Positions 1 to 14,550 of a DNA stretch of 64,000 nt are shown here, piece by piece. Positions within the stretch are counted from its first letter, which is position 1; every line of letters begins with the position of its first letter. Made by a program: the position numbers and the translations under genes. The DNA is taken from the NCBI GenBank assembly GCA_043228905.1, contig JBHGNT010000010.1:20398001-20462000 (forward strand), read 5' to 3'. The notes beneath the pieces were generated by a model. That model searched no databases and had not been told where the DNA came from. It was given only the letters and a program-made list of their open reading frames with translations. The stretch comes from Azolla caroliniana. Taxonomy: Eukaryota; Plantae; Polypodiophyta.

Positions 1-186
1 TAAGATTGTGGAATATGATATTTTTGTTTATATGAAATATTCTGATGTGTAGCTGTGTTTTCTTTTGTGATTTAAAAAAGAGTTTGATCTGAGTCCAGAG
101 AAAACATCTTATGATTTTTTTTATAGTGTTAATTTGTCATCGTACTCTTCAATCTCACGGATTGTTATGGTTCATGGATTCTGCAG

Positions 187-1041
187 ACTGCCTTGACTAC
201 TGCTACAACGGATTTGCCTCCAACGCATCCCATACGTCTTGGCTTGGCTCTTAACCTCTCAGTATTTTACTATGAAATTATGAACTCACCTGAACAGTAC
301 GTACTTTTGAAAATTCTGTCTTGGATAATATGGTTTCATATTTTATGTATCAGCAGTTTATGATATGTTACTAAGTTTTCTCTCCAAATGCACTATTTTT
401 CCATTAGGGCATGTCATTTAGCTAAACAAGCTTTTGATGAGGCCATTGCTGAGCTTGATTCTTTGAGTGAGGATTCATACAAGGATAGCACTCTGATCAT
501 GCAACTGCTCAGAGATAACCTGACACTATGGACGTCTGATTTGCCAGATGATGGAGGTAAATAATTCATTGTGGTGGTACTGCTCCATCATAACAGCTTT
601 CCTCAAAGTCTTCCTTCACGTTCAATTGATAGAATGACATACATGCTTATATATCTGAATTTACATGGCAACGATAACAGTTTCTATGCATTTGTAGTAA
701 AAGAACTTGATTATTTAACATGCTCCTAATCCTAAGTTTTTCGATTTTCCAGCATAAACTTGAAGCTCACTTAGTTCCTCCTTTATGACATGACCTTTTT
801 CTTTCATGTTTTCATCTGATAGAATAACATCTATTCTTATTTATCTGAATTTACATGATAACATAACATAGTAAATGAACTTGATTGTTTAACATGCAGG
901 GGATGAACAACCAAAAGGAGGGAATATTGAAGAGGACAAAGAGGTGAGCTAGCTAGTACACCTGTGTAACTAAGTATTACCTAGATTATAGAAATCATTC
1001 ACTCATTTGTATAAATCATGGTTAAATTTGCCTTGCAGTAA
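187..1041 (+). CDS. 14-3-3 protein, 3' exons (gene starts before the window)
   Basis: GT-AG exons 187-296, 408-556, 900-943 and a stop-only exon at 1039-1041. They encode [70 protein letters not shown] and [15 protein letters not shown], the canonical 14-3-3 C-terminus. Confidence 0.95.
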
Positions 1042-3675
1042 TGAGAGCTGATTTGAGCTGGATCAGCATACATCATGCAACAAAAGAAGTCTCATTATGG
1101 ATTGCTGAAGTACAAAGTTATTATATCCTATGCAGCAACCTCTTCAATAATTCATGAAGATTTTGTTGTTTATTATTGCTGATCCAAATTCTCTCGCATA
1201 CCATAGGTGCATACTCTAGAGAGCTTTTCATCTTGACTTTGGCAGTTTTGTATCTGCAACTGTTACCAAGCAATCAAAGTTTTTGTTCGTTGTGCATCTC
1301 TCTATTTTATCTTGCTTCCGTTGTGAATGGAATTTTTTGGCAATATATCCATATGTCTTGAGATATTGGATCTGAACTTGCCTAGGATTTTGATGATCCG
1401 AATCCCCTTGGGTTGTAGGTCTGAACTTGCCCAGTTGAAAGCCCCTTAACTATTCAACCATGCATACCCATTTGAGCTGAGGTTTGTGAACTGTATGAGG
1501 GTTCATGCAGTAGGTAGGATATGTCATAGATAAATAGAATAATAAAGTGGCTCTATCCTTAGATCTTCTAGTTGCCTATTATGTTTTACCTATATCGATG
1601 ATGATTAGGCTTTGTTTTTGTGGAGAAATGAACTATCTTCTCAGGATTAGTCAGCTATTGAAATAATTTGGTTTCGAATGAGTATTATCTTGAATAACAT
1701 TTACTGATAGCCCAAATTTATGCCATAGCAGCAAATATTTACCTAGCCGTTTTCCATTAATTGGAATTTGGGGAATTCGGGTTAAATGAAGTAAAATATT
1801 CTTCATTCATGTTTAAATATGTTATTTGTGTCTCTATCAGATTTGTCACCAAACTTAAAATAACTCTCTTATTGCATAAATTTGAGCTTGTAAAACTGAT
1901 AAAGATGATGTGTTTATGTTATACAAGTGTACACTGTATATACATTAATAACATGTTTTTATACTCGATGTGCATTCAATGTTGTTTATGTTCATGTCTG
2001 TGTTCTCCTTTGGTTTTAAAGAAAGAGCCATTGATGAAATTTCCTCTTCATAATTATTTATAAAACTGTTGGTACATGGGTCTTTCTTGGCCGTAATCTT
2101 AGACTCAGGCTCAGGCTTGAAGCTTTAGTGGTCGAGATCCTCTCATTTTCTCATCCTTTCAATGTTGATTAGAGTAGTGAATTTGGAAGTTTGTCACAAC
2201 TTGTAGCCACAATTGTCTTGTTTGTCTTGTTTGAACATGCTATTCATGTACTCATTGTCAAGGTCATCCTCAACCTCCCTTTGACCTTCTAGGAGTGGTT
2301 TGACAAATTTACCCTCTTGATGTTCCCATCCTTAAAACCCCACTTCAAAATAACACAAAGAATATAACAAAACAAAACAAAGGAGCCAAAAGGAAGAGTC
2401 CACAAAGTAACAAACTATATATGTGTGTATGTATGCATGAAATTTATTGAGACATTTGTAATCTAGCATGCCTCATCTCTAATACGTGGCATGCAAAAGA
2501 AACATTTGTTTTCGACACGTGTGTGGCTCAGATAGACAAATTGTGCCTTCAAGTTTTGCCGACAATAAAAGAATCGAGGCCATCGAATGATATGCACCAT
2601 GTTCTAAGTTTAGTGTCACGTGGTTCAAACATTGTTTGGTGTGGGGAATTTGTCCTAATATGCATAATAATGTTAACAATTAAACTTGTCATAACATGAT
2701 CCAATGGCAATGGGGGATAAGGAATGAAGGTTTGATTGTTATTGGATGACGAGGTGTTATCATGATCAAATGTGCAAGAATTGGAGGGAAAATTGATCGT
2801 ATGTTAGTTGGGCATCGAAAGAAGCTAGATCCTGATGCCATAAAGACCCACGTCCACAAATGTTTTATAGGAAAATGTTAAAATTTTAATGTGTATTATT
2901 TATTGCTCATTTAATCCTATGTTAAGTTAGAAATGTCAGAGAACTTGGATTTCCATGAGTTTCAAGGATTTTAAGAGCTACATAAATCACAATTTTCTCT
3001 CTTGTTATGTTTGAGAGTCGAGACTATTTGTTAACAAGATCTTAATTGTCAAGTATGTAATGTTGTTAAACTATTGGAGCCATGTCATACTAAGATTCTC
3101 CTTTGAGAAATTTGATTTTCTCTATTTTCTTCAAGCCACAGGAATGGGATGTGGTCGAATTGGAAAGACAGGGAAATCAAGACGAAATATCAGTGTGGGA
3201 AATCAAGAGGAAAAATATCTATGGACATGCACGTGGCATATGCTCTTAGCATCGCATGGGGATGTGCCATTGAAGGCAATATGGTCCACAAATGAAACAA
3301 AACATATTCTCAAACTAAAGTTCCAATGCTTATATGTGACACGTGCCTTCTTTCTCCTCCCCAGATTTGTGTACTCCCTTCGCCGGTCACATAGTGTCTT
3401 CGAGCCTACATAGTGTACCAACCACAAAGTGTTGCTACTTTCTTTGGGGGCTCCACAAACACACCTTGCTCGGTGTCGATGCTAATGTCGTCCCTCTCTC
3501 CTAATGGTATTGCACCACCAATTTCTCCACAAACTCTCAAAACAAATATATGGCGCGCCAATGACCGCTTTCTCTAATGCTCTCGTTATTCTATTTCTGT
3601 GCTTTTCAATAACGAATACATGACATGACATGGGAGACCCGAGAGTCAAGATCGAGAGCACGTTAGATAGCGAGC

Positions 3676-3835
3676 AATATCTAGGGCTAGTTTTGTAAAA
3701 GAGATAAATATATGTAGGGCTAGTTTTTTGTAAAGAGATGAATATGTAGGGCTTATGTTTGTAAAGAGATAAAGTATCTAGGGCTACTCTTTTGTAAAGA
3801 GATAAATATCTAGGGCCATTATTGTAAAGAGATCA
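3676..3835. repeat. ~30-bp minisatellite (tatctagggctagttttgtaaagagataaa-like, about 5 copies) upstream of CP12
   Basis: Repeated tagggct...ttgtaaagagat units read directly. Confidence 0.8.
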
Positions 3836-4053
3836 ATATTGTTTTGTTATTTGCTGAGAAGCTTGTGCTATTTATGTTTATATTTATTAATTATGTGACT
3901 TGTTAATTATAATTATAAAAAGCTTGGTGTGAAGAGACTTAAGAAAAGTGAGAGCAATTCAGAGCCTCTTCTTCTTCATCTTCTTCTTCTTCTTCTTCTT
4001 CTGTTTCTGTATATTTGCTGTGTCTGCAGAGAAGCTCCCACTCCACAGCTTCC

Positions 4054-4431
4054 ATGGCGACCTCCATCTCCACGTCCCCCTCATCGTTCTCTTCCCTCAC
4101 TCTCCCTCCCTCAAACCCTAAATCCTCGCCCCCTTTGCCCCACCTTCGCCCTCGCTTCCCCCGCCTCCCTCTGCGTAAGCTCACCCTATCCATGTCCAAG
4201 CCTCCCTCCGCAGACATCGGAGATACGCTCTCGAAGAGTATCGAGGAAGCTCAAGAGGTCTGCGCTGCTGAAGAGGCTTCTAAAGAGTGCGCTGCTGCGT
4301 GGGATCAAGTAGAAGAACTGAGTTCCACCGTGGCTGACCAGCGAATTGCAGCTAAAGCTGCGAAAGATCCTCTTGAGCAGTACTGCAAAGAAGAGCCTCA
4401 GGCCGATGAGTGCAGGGTTTATGAAGATTAG
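4054..4431 (+). CDS. CP12: Calvin cycle protein CP12, chloroplast
   Basis: Ser/Pro-rich transit peptide, then EVC...ECAAAWDQVEELS and the C-terminal DPLEQYCKEEPQADECRVYED. Single exon, ATG at 4054. Confidence 0.95.
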   Translation: MATSISTSPSSFSSLTLPPSNPKSSPPLPHLRPRFPRLPLRKLTLSMSKPPSADIGDTLSKSIEEAQEVCAAEEASKECAAAWDQVEELSSTVADQRIAAKAAKDPLEQYCKEEPQADECRVYED

Positions 4432-7400
4432 GAAGAAGGAAGAAGCAATCTACAACAACAATACCAATAGAAACGAAAGAAAGTAAAATCCCTAACGAAA
4501 GTCTCGAAATATTTTCTTTTCGCTCTTGATCTTTTTCTTCTTTTTCTTCTTCTTCCTTGTAACTCGACTGAACTCTCTCTTTCTCTCTTATATCTGTAAA
4601 TCTTATGTTTGAGAAGCCATGCTTCATAAACTGTTACCTAAAAGTATATTATGATGATCCTAATTTGTTGGGATAACTATGGCAATGATGGTGATTATGA
4701 TGATGATGAAGAAGAAGATGTAGACATATCTTTGTACGTCTAGTTTGCAATGCAATTCAGTTGTATATGATGATGGTGGTGGTAGTGACAATCGATTGTT
4801 TTCTGTCTCCATCCAAACTTGCCTTGTACAAAGTTCGTCTGTCTATTTTGTTAAGAGTGGTGTTAAAGGTTCATGCCATTGTTTTTTAATAAAGGTTTAC
4901 ATGTTAGTTTGATGGTGATGGTGATGTTGATGGTCACTTCACTTTCTAGTTTGAGATGCATTTGCTTGATTCCCCAGAATGAAGCTCTTTGAGAGGTGTA
5001 AGATAATATTCGTACTCATCGGATGGGTCGATTCAAGCCGTTGCATAGTGGCTTACCTTCTTTTTGATTGATTATCGGAGATTGGTATCCAATACTGTTA
5101 TATCCGCAGTTCTGATGACAACTTTTGCGCAGTAGAGGGTGATGTTTGGAACTTGAGAGGAGTATTGAAACTCCATGAATGCCCCAAATCACATGACCTT
5201 CACTAACTCTAATTTTGGCTGTGGGATGTGCTTGAACCCTATTTGAAATGTGGCGCTAAGGGACACTCTCAAGGCGCTAGGGAATGATTTCTCGTATTAA
5301 ATCATCCATTGCATGAAGAGGTGAATGGTCGCAGATTTGCACGTGCTTTATCAAACTCAAGAAGGTACACAGGATGTGCTACTAATACTTGACTGTTATT
5401 ATCTCAAGGCTGTAGAAACCTCCTCCAAAGAAGGTTTCGGACAAGGTGGACTCTAATCATGGCTTGTAGAGGACATTTCTACCATATTAGGGGTTGTGCT
5501 TATCATGACATATTAGGGGTTGCGCATATACATGATTGTCAACATATAAATGACTGTTCATGTATGTCAAGGATTGTGGTAATGGTTTATTATGAATGTC
5601 TTAATTTGGAATCTACCTAAACAATAGGCTAATTTGGAATTGGAAGGCAAGTTGCCCGCATGTAAGCTGTGTAAATAGGAACCAAGGGTTTTGTGTGAGT
5701 ATCTTTTGTAGTGTCCATAGAGAAGCGAATCTCCGATGGCTTAAGTGGATGGGAGAAAGGGTTCTAAAGGTAATGGAGTTTTTGTAAGCCAACCCATTAA
5801 AGGTAGGTTGGTATTCTCGATTGATGCTACATACAACCTAAGGTGTTTATTTGGAGAGTTATGGTTGGAGTTGGGCAATTGGGGGATTCATTAAACAAAA
5901 GAAAGATTGCAAGTGGAATGTTATTTTGTCGAGTGGAATTGAGCGATGGCAATAATCATTTGGAGGTGTGTCAATTTAGTGTGGATGTCTTTGATTGGAG
6001 TAAGCCTATGTTCATTCAACTGGGTATTTGTGCATATGGAGAACATTGGAGTGATGCTTCATCTCCAAATTATTTTTAAGTTCTTGAGGAATTGGGGGCA
6101 ATGTTTCAATTGGAATATGGGCGATGCCTTCATTTTTGCTAATCACTTTTGGTTAGCAAGTTGGGTTGAGGAAGTATGCTGGAAAGTTAGAAGGATTCTT
6201 TTGTGGCAATTGGTAGTGTTAGAGAAGTCACGGAAACTCAATCATGAAGAGAGCCAATTGTGCAAGGTGACATGCCCCATTATATTTGTCATCTGAATTG
6301 GTATGTAGGATGGGATTGAGTTTGTTGTATGTAGGATTTGGAAAGGCATTATTTCCAAGAGGGAGAGATTTCACTCCTCTCGTGCTATGTTGAATGTGGA
6401 GTTATTATTTTCTTTAAAATCAAGTGAAAGGAAAGGGTTCCCAAGAAGAGGGGAGTGTGATGTGAAATATGGAATAACCACTTTCTTTAAAATCTAGTGA
6501 AAGGGTTCCTAAGTAAAAAGTTGATAGGATACGAGTAGGGAGAAAAGACCTGACATTTGCTATTGAAAATTTAGATACGTTTAATGCTACAAAATTGGCC
6601 GTTCCTTACGTTAACGAACTTTAGCTATAATTACAAGCAACCAACAATTGTTAGTGAAAATTGAAGTAGAATTAAGGGCCAGAAATTGTTGTTCACAAAG
6701 TTGTCATTTCTCAAGTCAATGCATTGTAATCATCTAATTTGACACAGAAACGAAATATTTTCTTAATCATTAGCATCTATCTACGAGTGGTTTGTGATGC
6801 GCTCTAAAAACTATTAGCATCGGGTCTTTTAATTAGTTTTAAGTGAGACCTTCGAGTTACATATAATATTGTAGACACATTCATGTTGTTTTGTTGTATC
6901 TTAGAAAGGAAAGGTATATTTTAGCTTTTCTACAAATGATGTGGTTGTGATAAAGCACTTGCAGCTTTTCATATTGTTTGAGCCATGATTAATTTTTGGA
7001 TCTTTTCATGAATGTAATATGTGCTTCGTGCAAGGCCATTGAATTCAATTGATATGGGTTTGTTCGTACGGCGATGCATGTGAGGATGCATAGGATTCCT
7101 GTTCCTTTTTCCGTATTACGATATGGTTCTTAAGATCATGTTACATCTTTCATATAATACACTTGCATCGGGTTTTTAAGTGGTATGCAAGAAGGGGCAG
7201 TTTTGCGCCGTTATCATTCTATCGAATACACCTAGGGTTTTCACATATAGATTACGAGCATGAAAAGCCAGAGAGATTCACGAGGATCTGGGAAAGCAAT
7301 CAAGACATATGGGGGGGGGGGATAAGGGCGATAGAAGTAACTCTTATATCTTGGCATGTGTATGAATGGCTTGACAAACTATGGATACGAGAGAGATGCT

Positions 7401-7941
7401 GTTTTCCAGAGTCATGTCCGCCCATCATATGGGCGGGCGGGCGGACGGATTGATTGATTCTCGGAGACCCAATTATGAAAGGTCTCACACTCAATTGCAA
7501 TCCTATGGAAGAGGTGTGTAGGGATAGAGTTTCCAAAACAACCATTCGACCAACAAAAAAAACAAAACAGAAGGCCTTTTCCTTTTCTTTCCTTTTCTTA
7601 ACTCTCTTCTGGGGCTTCTTCTTCTTCTTCTTCTTCTTCTACAGAAACAGAGGAACTACTACTACTACTACCACTACAGGAACAGAGGAACTACGTACTA
7701 ACAACCCAACACACCCACCTCTTAAGGAAACAGCAAAAAAAAACAGAGCTTCCATAGCCAGCGGCGAGCGACCTCATGAACCTTCTCACACCCTCCTCCT
7801 CCTCCTCCTTGTCTGTGTCCTTTCGGCCTTTGCAGTTGTTTTGCCTAGTTTAATAACCCCCCCCCCCCCCCCCCCCCCCCCTCCCCAATTCATTCGACTT
7901 GAACACTGCAATCATCGGTGAGAAAGTTTCTCTATGTGGGG

Positions 7942-10900
7942 ATGAGTACCAGAATTATACTCTCTGACCATCCTCCACATCCATGCTCTCGGAGAATATG
8001 CTTGCAGAAAGAAGAAGGCATTCGTGAACACAGCTTTCTCCATGGTACCATAAATTCCTCGATAAATTCCTCTTGCGGAAGATACAGTCGTCGGCTTTTC
8101 AACGATGCCAAATGCCCCTCAATGCACGTTTCTCTCCAGCCTTTTGCACCAAGAAGCTCCAAAAACGTTTCTCATGCAACAACTACTTCTTCAGTTGGAT
8201 ATGGATGGCGTGACGAAGATGCCGCCATTGTGCAATTTAGACATGCTATCGATAATAGTAATAGTAGAATAAGGGCTAAGAAGAAAGATCTTTTTATAAC
8301 TTCTGCTTCTTCCGTTGGGTATGGATGGCACCACAAAGATGCATTTGTTCAATCAGGACATGCTTTTGGCAATGGTTTCAAGATAGATAGTAAGGAATCC
8401 CCACTCTCAGATGAGTTAGAAAGCTGCTATAACGAGGCCACTATCAAGGTCATAGGAGTGGGAGGAGGGGGTTCTAATGCTGTCAATAGGATGGTTGAAA
8501 GTGAGATGAAAGGTGTTGAGTTTTTGATAGTGAACACAGATCTGCAAGCTTTGAAAAGCTCACCTCTGCCTCCGGTAAATCGTTTGCAAATTGGATCTCA
8601 TCTCACTAGAGGACTTGGTGCCGGAGGTAACCCTGACATAGGCATGAAGGCTGCTGAAGAAAGTAGAGATCTTGTCGTAGAAGCTGTGCAAGGTGCTGAC
8701 ATGGTGTTTGTCACGGTACAACTCTCTCTCTCTCTCTCTCCCCCCTAGGTGTTGTTTATGTTCCCATGAGTTTTGCAACAAGGATCCTGTTGAAACAGCT
8801 CATGAACTATATTTTTTGTGCTCATGGATATTTTGATTGGATATATAATAGTTGAAATGAGAACAATGCATACATTTGGCTCTCCATCAAATTTTATTTG
8901 GAGCTGAGTTTTGTGAGAAGATCATCTTGACATCTTTAGTCTGGATGTCTGGTAGTTGAAATGAGATGAACATATACATTCTACTCTCGAATGATGAAGT
9001 GGAAGGTAATTTGAGAAGTGCTAATTGCATGCCAAGCTTTATTAGTCACACTGAGAAGTGTCGAAAGCATACGAAATTTACTTGTATCAATTGGAACTTT
9101 TAAAGTGTCGAGGTGAACTTATCCCTTCTGCGATGGAATGGGAAACTAATTAATTGAATTGCAACATGCTGAAAAATGTGAAGGTCTCAAATGTCCTCAA
9201 ATCTAATCTAACTCTTAGATTTTATGTTTGCATATTAGGTTTTTGTGAGAGGGATCATTTTGATAGTGGAAATAATCTCAACTCACTTCTCTGAACTGTA
9301 TTAGATGTTACCATATAATTTTCTAATGGTGAATTGGAGCAGTTCTTTTGATAACGACCAAATGCCTACAAAGCATATATCTTTAAGTGTCTCGCTCAAT
9401 GGTCTTTATGTAAAGAAGAAAAATGACAATTTGTTCAAACAAATCAGAGGTTAATAGAGTGGATGATTAGATAACAAGAGAAATTAACCCCTGAGCAGTT
9501 CTCAAAGTAGTTTTAAGTTTTTTAACTTCTATTTCCAGGCTGGCATGGGTGGTGGAACTGGTAGTGGAGCGGCCCCTGTGATTGCTGGGGTTGCGAAATC
9601 ACTTGGGATTTTGACTGTGGGTATTGTGACCACGCCTTTCTCTTTCGAAGGGCGTCGGAGAGGACGTCAAGCACAAGAAGCAATTGATGCGTTGAGACAT
9701 AATGTTGACACGCTTATTACCATTCCTAATGATAGACTTTTGACAGCAGTGTCACAGTCCACACCAGTGACTGAAGCGTTTAACTTGGCAGATGATATTC
9801 TTCGCCAAGGTGTCAAGGGCATTTCAGACATCATTACAGTATGTATTTCTGTCCTGAACGTATGAGGTTTAGTTATTCAAGGATTTGGAAATTGAGGTAC
9901 CTCTCTTGTCCAGGTGCCCGGTCTGGTTAATGTTGACTTCGCTGATGTACGAACGATTATGACTGATGCAGGATCATCTTTAATGGGAATTGGCACTGCT
10001 AGTGGTTACATCTCTTACTCTCTGTCTCTCTACGTTCATAGATACATAATCTACATATATCTTCAGGAATTTGGATGGACAAGAAGCTTCATTTAATAGC
10101 ATATAATTAAAAAAGTAGAAGTGGACTTGGAACACGTACAGTTTCACTTACAGGAGTATAGGCATACACATGCATGTATTTACGTACCTATGTTTGTACA
10201 TTTTTAATGGTTGTGTGCATATAATCATCATGAATGTGCATGTATACACTTGCATCTGTGTGTAAGACATATATATAAATGAACAGGCATAAATGTGTGG
10301 TTACCTCAAGCCAATATGCATATATATACATGTGACAATTTATTTGGGTGTATGCTCTGATTTCATATGTAGTTTTTGAATTTAGGTGTGTCATCATGCT
10401 TAGACAGAAGATTTGAGTATAGAAAATGCCATTGTGCATTCTAGGATAGCTTCTGGGATTTGGTTTGTTTGCGTACACTATAATTTGGGGTGCAGTGGTG
10501 GCTCTGATTCACGATTGTATGGCATATTATGCTATGTGACTTGTAGTATCCAACTTCTAGATCTCATGAAGTCAGTTCAGTTTAGTTTTGATAAAGAGTT
10601 GGATGGTGGGAAGATTTGAACAGAGGTCTTTTATATATGTATGTACGTAAATATAAATATATGTTATACAACATGTGGAGAGGCTGATTCTAATAGCCAA
10701 TCTACAGGTAAATCAAGAGCAAGAGATGCAGCAATGAATGCAATCCAATCTCCTCTCCTTGATGTGGGCATCGAAAGAGCAACTGGAATTGTTTGGAATA
10801 TTACGGGGGGTGCAGATTTAACATTATTTGAGGTAAATTCATTTGTTTTCAGGCTATTGACATCTTTGCTGAAGCTTGAACCTCTTATTTGCACATCATC

Positions 10901-11472
10901 ACAATAATGTTGAAGTATTGTCTGCAGGTTAATGCTGCGGCAGAGGTTATTTATGATCTTGTGGATCCTAATGCAAATTTGATATTTGGTGCTGTCGTTG
11001 ATGAATCTTATAGTGGCCAGGTATGAACAATATAAATCTTTTAGTCAAATAATCTTATAGTGGCCAGGTATTTATCTTGGTCATACATTTATAATGTTAT
11101 CTTATTGTCATAATGATATGGTTGAAGGAACAGATTATAATCCTTCCACCAGAAAACAAACCAGTTTAACGTTGTTAATCTGCAGTAAAATTCTGAGTTG
11201 AATCGTTTTCAAAATAAACTTACAGGTCAGCATCACTTTAATTGCTACTGGCTTCAAAGGGCATGTCGAAGGAGAACGCGTAAGACATGTTTTATATGGA
11301 CCCTAATTTGCAATTGTGTTTCATTTTTGCAATGTCTAATGTTTTGTTCCCTTTTGTCGAATAAATGCAGCAAGTCTCCCTTCCTTCACTGACTCGCCTA
11401 TCACCATCAATGACCAATGGAAGTCCAATCGACGTACCTGACTATCTCAAGAGGCGTAGCAAAAGATTCTGA
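7942..11472 (+). CDS. FtsZ2: Plastid division protein FtsZ2-type, 7 exons
   Basis: Exons about 7942-8715, 9539-9838, 9914-10004, 10708-10832, 10928-11020, 11226-11279, 11371-11472. Motifs [26 protein letters not shown] and [11 protein letters not shown]. The C-terminal core peptide [10 protein letters not shown] is an FtsZ2-type feature. Confidence 0.93.
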
Positions 11473-12885
11473 TCTCTTGAGGGAAACCTGAGATTTATAT
11501 TTATACAATTGAGCCTAAATGCTGGTTGAGATTTTGTTGTTTAGCCGCTTCAGTGCATTTGAATCGTTGGGGCGTGTTTGTTGCCAAGGCAATCTCAAAA
11601 TTGGCATTGTAAATAACATTCAGAGAATTATTCAAATATTTTCATCTCTTGATTTTTGAGTTGTGCTTTACTTTGAAATATTATTGAAGCTCTTCTAAAT
11701 CTGAAACCCAGACTTGTTTGATTGCATACGATTAATACATTATATGGATATATGTCAACCTTGTACAACACATGCAAATAAATAAAAGCATGACCTTGTT
11801 CTGCAAATAAGGTGTAATTAGCAATTGCCAATTGCATGGTAAATGCAGAGTTAACTATAGCAGAGGGTGTTAAGCGTATTATAAATTTGACCAACGTGGG
11901 TGACTGCAAGACCTATTATAGACTCAATTGTCACTTATCCTCAGAATGGGGCCTACAATTGACTGGCTCATCACCAAAGTTTTGCTTCTCAAACCTGTGC
12001 TAAATATCCAGATATTGAACTTAGTACATGAATCTTTCAAATGCATTAAATGTGTTGAAGAAGGTTGAGGGTTTCCCCCAATCTCAATAGCAAGCATACC
12101 TTACGGGTTTGGGCTTAATAGTTGCTCAAAGCAAGGCTATATTTTTGGTTGCATCCTCATTCATTACTTGAATGTTTTGCTTTTTTCATTTGCATGTTGA
12201 CCCACTTTGGTTTGGAATTACTTTCCCTTTTTGATACCTTCTAATTCCACCATGTGAAGAAATTATTGTCTCCTTAGATAGCACAAAGTGAAAATGAGAA
12301 GGGAAAAATGTAAACTTGCCACTCTGCAATCAAATGCAAGGCTTAATTATCACATATGGCCCCTGAAATATAGGCACAAATCCTCATTCAAGTATTATCA
12401 TGCCACCAAACAATTCCTTTCGTAGACATATACACCTATGGCCTATGAAATATTGGAACAATTCAACATTCAAGCATATAAAGTTGTCACTAAGCAACTC
12501 CTTTCATAAATATATGTTCAAGTAGGAGAATCTTAACTTCTTTTTTGTTTAATGCATATAGAAATAGGAGCATAGCAACGGATGGAGAAAAAAGCCTTAA
12601 TGGTCATATCATGACCAACACAATGCGGCAGGTAAACAATAACATCTTGACACAAATCTCACATCTTGGGAAACAATGGAGAATCCTAGAAAGCATAGAA
12701 ATGCTCTACATTACAAACAATATGATAACAAGGATGGATTTGTTACAATGATGCAGTGGCCTGAGTCTAGTGCCCTCCTGACATAATAAAGACATCCCTG
12801 GACACGTGCGAAACCATCCATCCATCCATCAGCTTGGCAAACTAAGAGAGGTCTTTGAATAATGTCACTCATCTGGAGCAATCAA

Positions 12886-14011
12886 TCAATCCTCTTGGAG
12901 GCCACCAAGGATGACAGAGGCAACAAAGAGGCCAATGCCTGAGATGCCAAAGGCTGCAGCAGCAACATTTTGTGCAATCACCAGAGGCACAGAGTCATCA
13001 GGGACAGCCACGATCGTCACGATGGCGGCCACAAAAAGTGGCAATGACAATGACGCGAGCACGGGTGGCGATGACGTGGCGAAATTCTCGGCTAGGCTCA
13101 ATAGCCCTAACTCCTCTGCTTTCGATAGAAGACCCAACTTTTCGATCGATGAGAGAGTGAGGCCAGCACTCTCCGCTTTAGAGAGGAGACCAGATTTTTC
13201 TACTTGGCTTAGTAGCTTCTTTTTCTCAAGCTTTTGGACAATGTTTACAGGTGCGGATTCAGTGTTCTCGGCAAATATTCCTGCCCCAAACCATTGCTTG
13301 TTCCAATTATCGTCATATGCATTCACCTATGGGAATAATGGATACTCACATCAGGAAAAAGCAATGCTTCAATTGAAGTCTTCATGAAAGCAAATTAGAA
13401 AGTCCTATGTTTTAACATTCTGTAAATTTATTTTCAATTCTATTACGTCTTAGCATTTGGAATGAATCCTATTACCAAATCCCAAAAAGTCCTCAATGAA
13501 GGGGCTCCGTTTTCTAGTAAACCCTAATCTACCTGAAACCCCCCCATCCAAAACCCAAGCTGTAAAACATGGATCTTTTAACCCAGACATGTACAGCCCT
13601 AATCTCAGAAACCGTGATACAAACTCTATTCTATAAAAATCATAATTCGTGAAACCCTAGTCACTAAAATCCCAACTCTAAACTGCGGATTTTGAAATCT
13701 GTAAAACATAATCTTTAAAACTCCAATCAATAGATCCTAGTCTCCAAAACCTTAAATTACAGAACCATAATTTATAAAACCTTTACAAATACGTGAAGCC
13801 CTGATCTATAAAAACCCTAATATGCATTTCCCTGATATATGGGGGAGGGGGAATATTTTACCTTGTTCTTTGGCGCCATGGCCATGACCTTGAGTCGACG
13901 AGGAGAAGGAGACGGCGATGACAGGGGGGTAACGGTCATTAATGAGGGAGGGAGAGAGATTCCATTGAAGGAAGAAGCCTCGATGGAGGAGAGAGAAGAG
14001 GGGGCCTGCAT
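12886..14011 (-). CDS. DUF1118-family predicted plastid membrane protein, 2 exons
   Basis: Exon 1 14011-13862 (transit peptide ending MAMAPKNK). Exon 2 13326-12886 (WNKQWFGAGIF, KLEKKKLLSQVEKSGLLSKAE repeats, two hydrophobic helices). Family name is from recall, not a search. Confidence 0.8.
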
Positions 14012-14025
14012 TGCTAGTCTCTTTT

Positions 14026-14067
<42 letters not shown>

Positions 14068-14205
14068 CTTTTGTTCCTTCTTTTCTCTGCACAGGCAGAG
14101 AGGGAGATTGGGCTATGGCGATTGCAGAGAGATGGGTGTTATCGTAATCAAACGAAAGAGGAGCAGGCGGAGGAACTGTGGCCACAAACGGATGAGTGCG
14201 TGTCA

Positions 14206-14550
14206 GTCGCTCACAACACAAGAAAGAAAGGAATCACAAAAAGGGTTTGGCTCGGTTCAGACTTGAACTTCCTTAACCGGTTTGAGCTCAGCCCGGTTCG
14301 GCTTGAACCTCGTCAAACCGGTTTGGTAAGCCAGTTATGCTGAAACCGAACTGTTGCCGATTCCTAGGCCCTGGGTTGCGGTCGCTCACAACACAAGAAA
14401 GAAAGGAATCACAAAAAGGGGGTTGCCTCGGTTCAGACATGAACTTCCTTAACCGTTTCGAGCTCAGCCGGGTTCAGCTTGAGCCTCGTCAAACGGTTTG
14501 GTAAACTAGTTATGCTAAAAACCGAACCGTTGTCGATTCCTAGGGCCGGG
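14206..14550. repeat. Tandem duplication, ~175-bp unit x2, rich in AACCG/CGGTT motifs
   Basis: gtcgctcacaacacaagaaagaaaggaatcacaaaaaggg starts at 14206 and 14381. Both copies run to ...gattcctagg. Confidence 0.85.

Noticed and set aside
5000-6500. Possible decayed LINE remnant (Cys-rich CPACKLC-like piece near 5650)
   Set aside because: Too degenerate. No boundaries, TSD or continuous frame could be supported.
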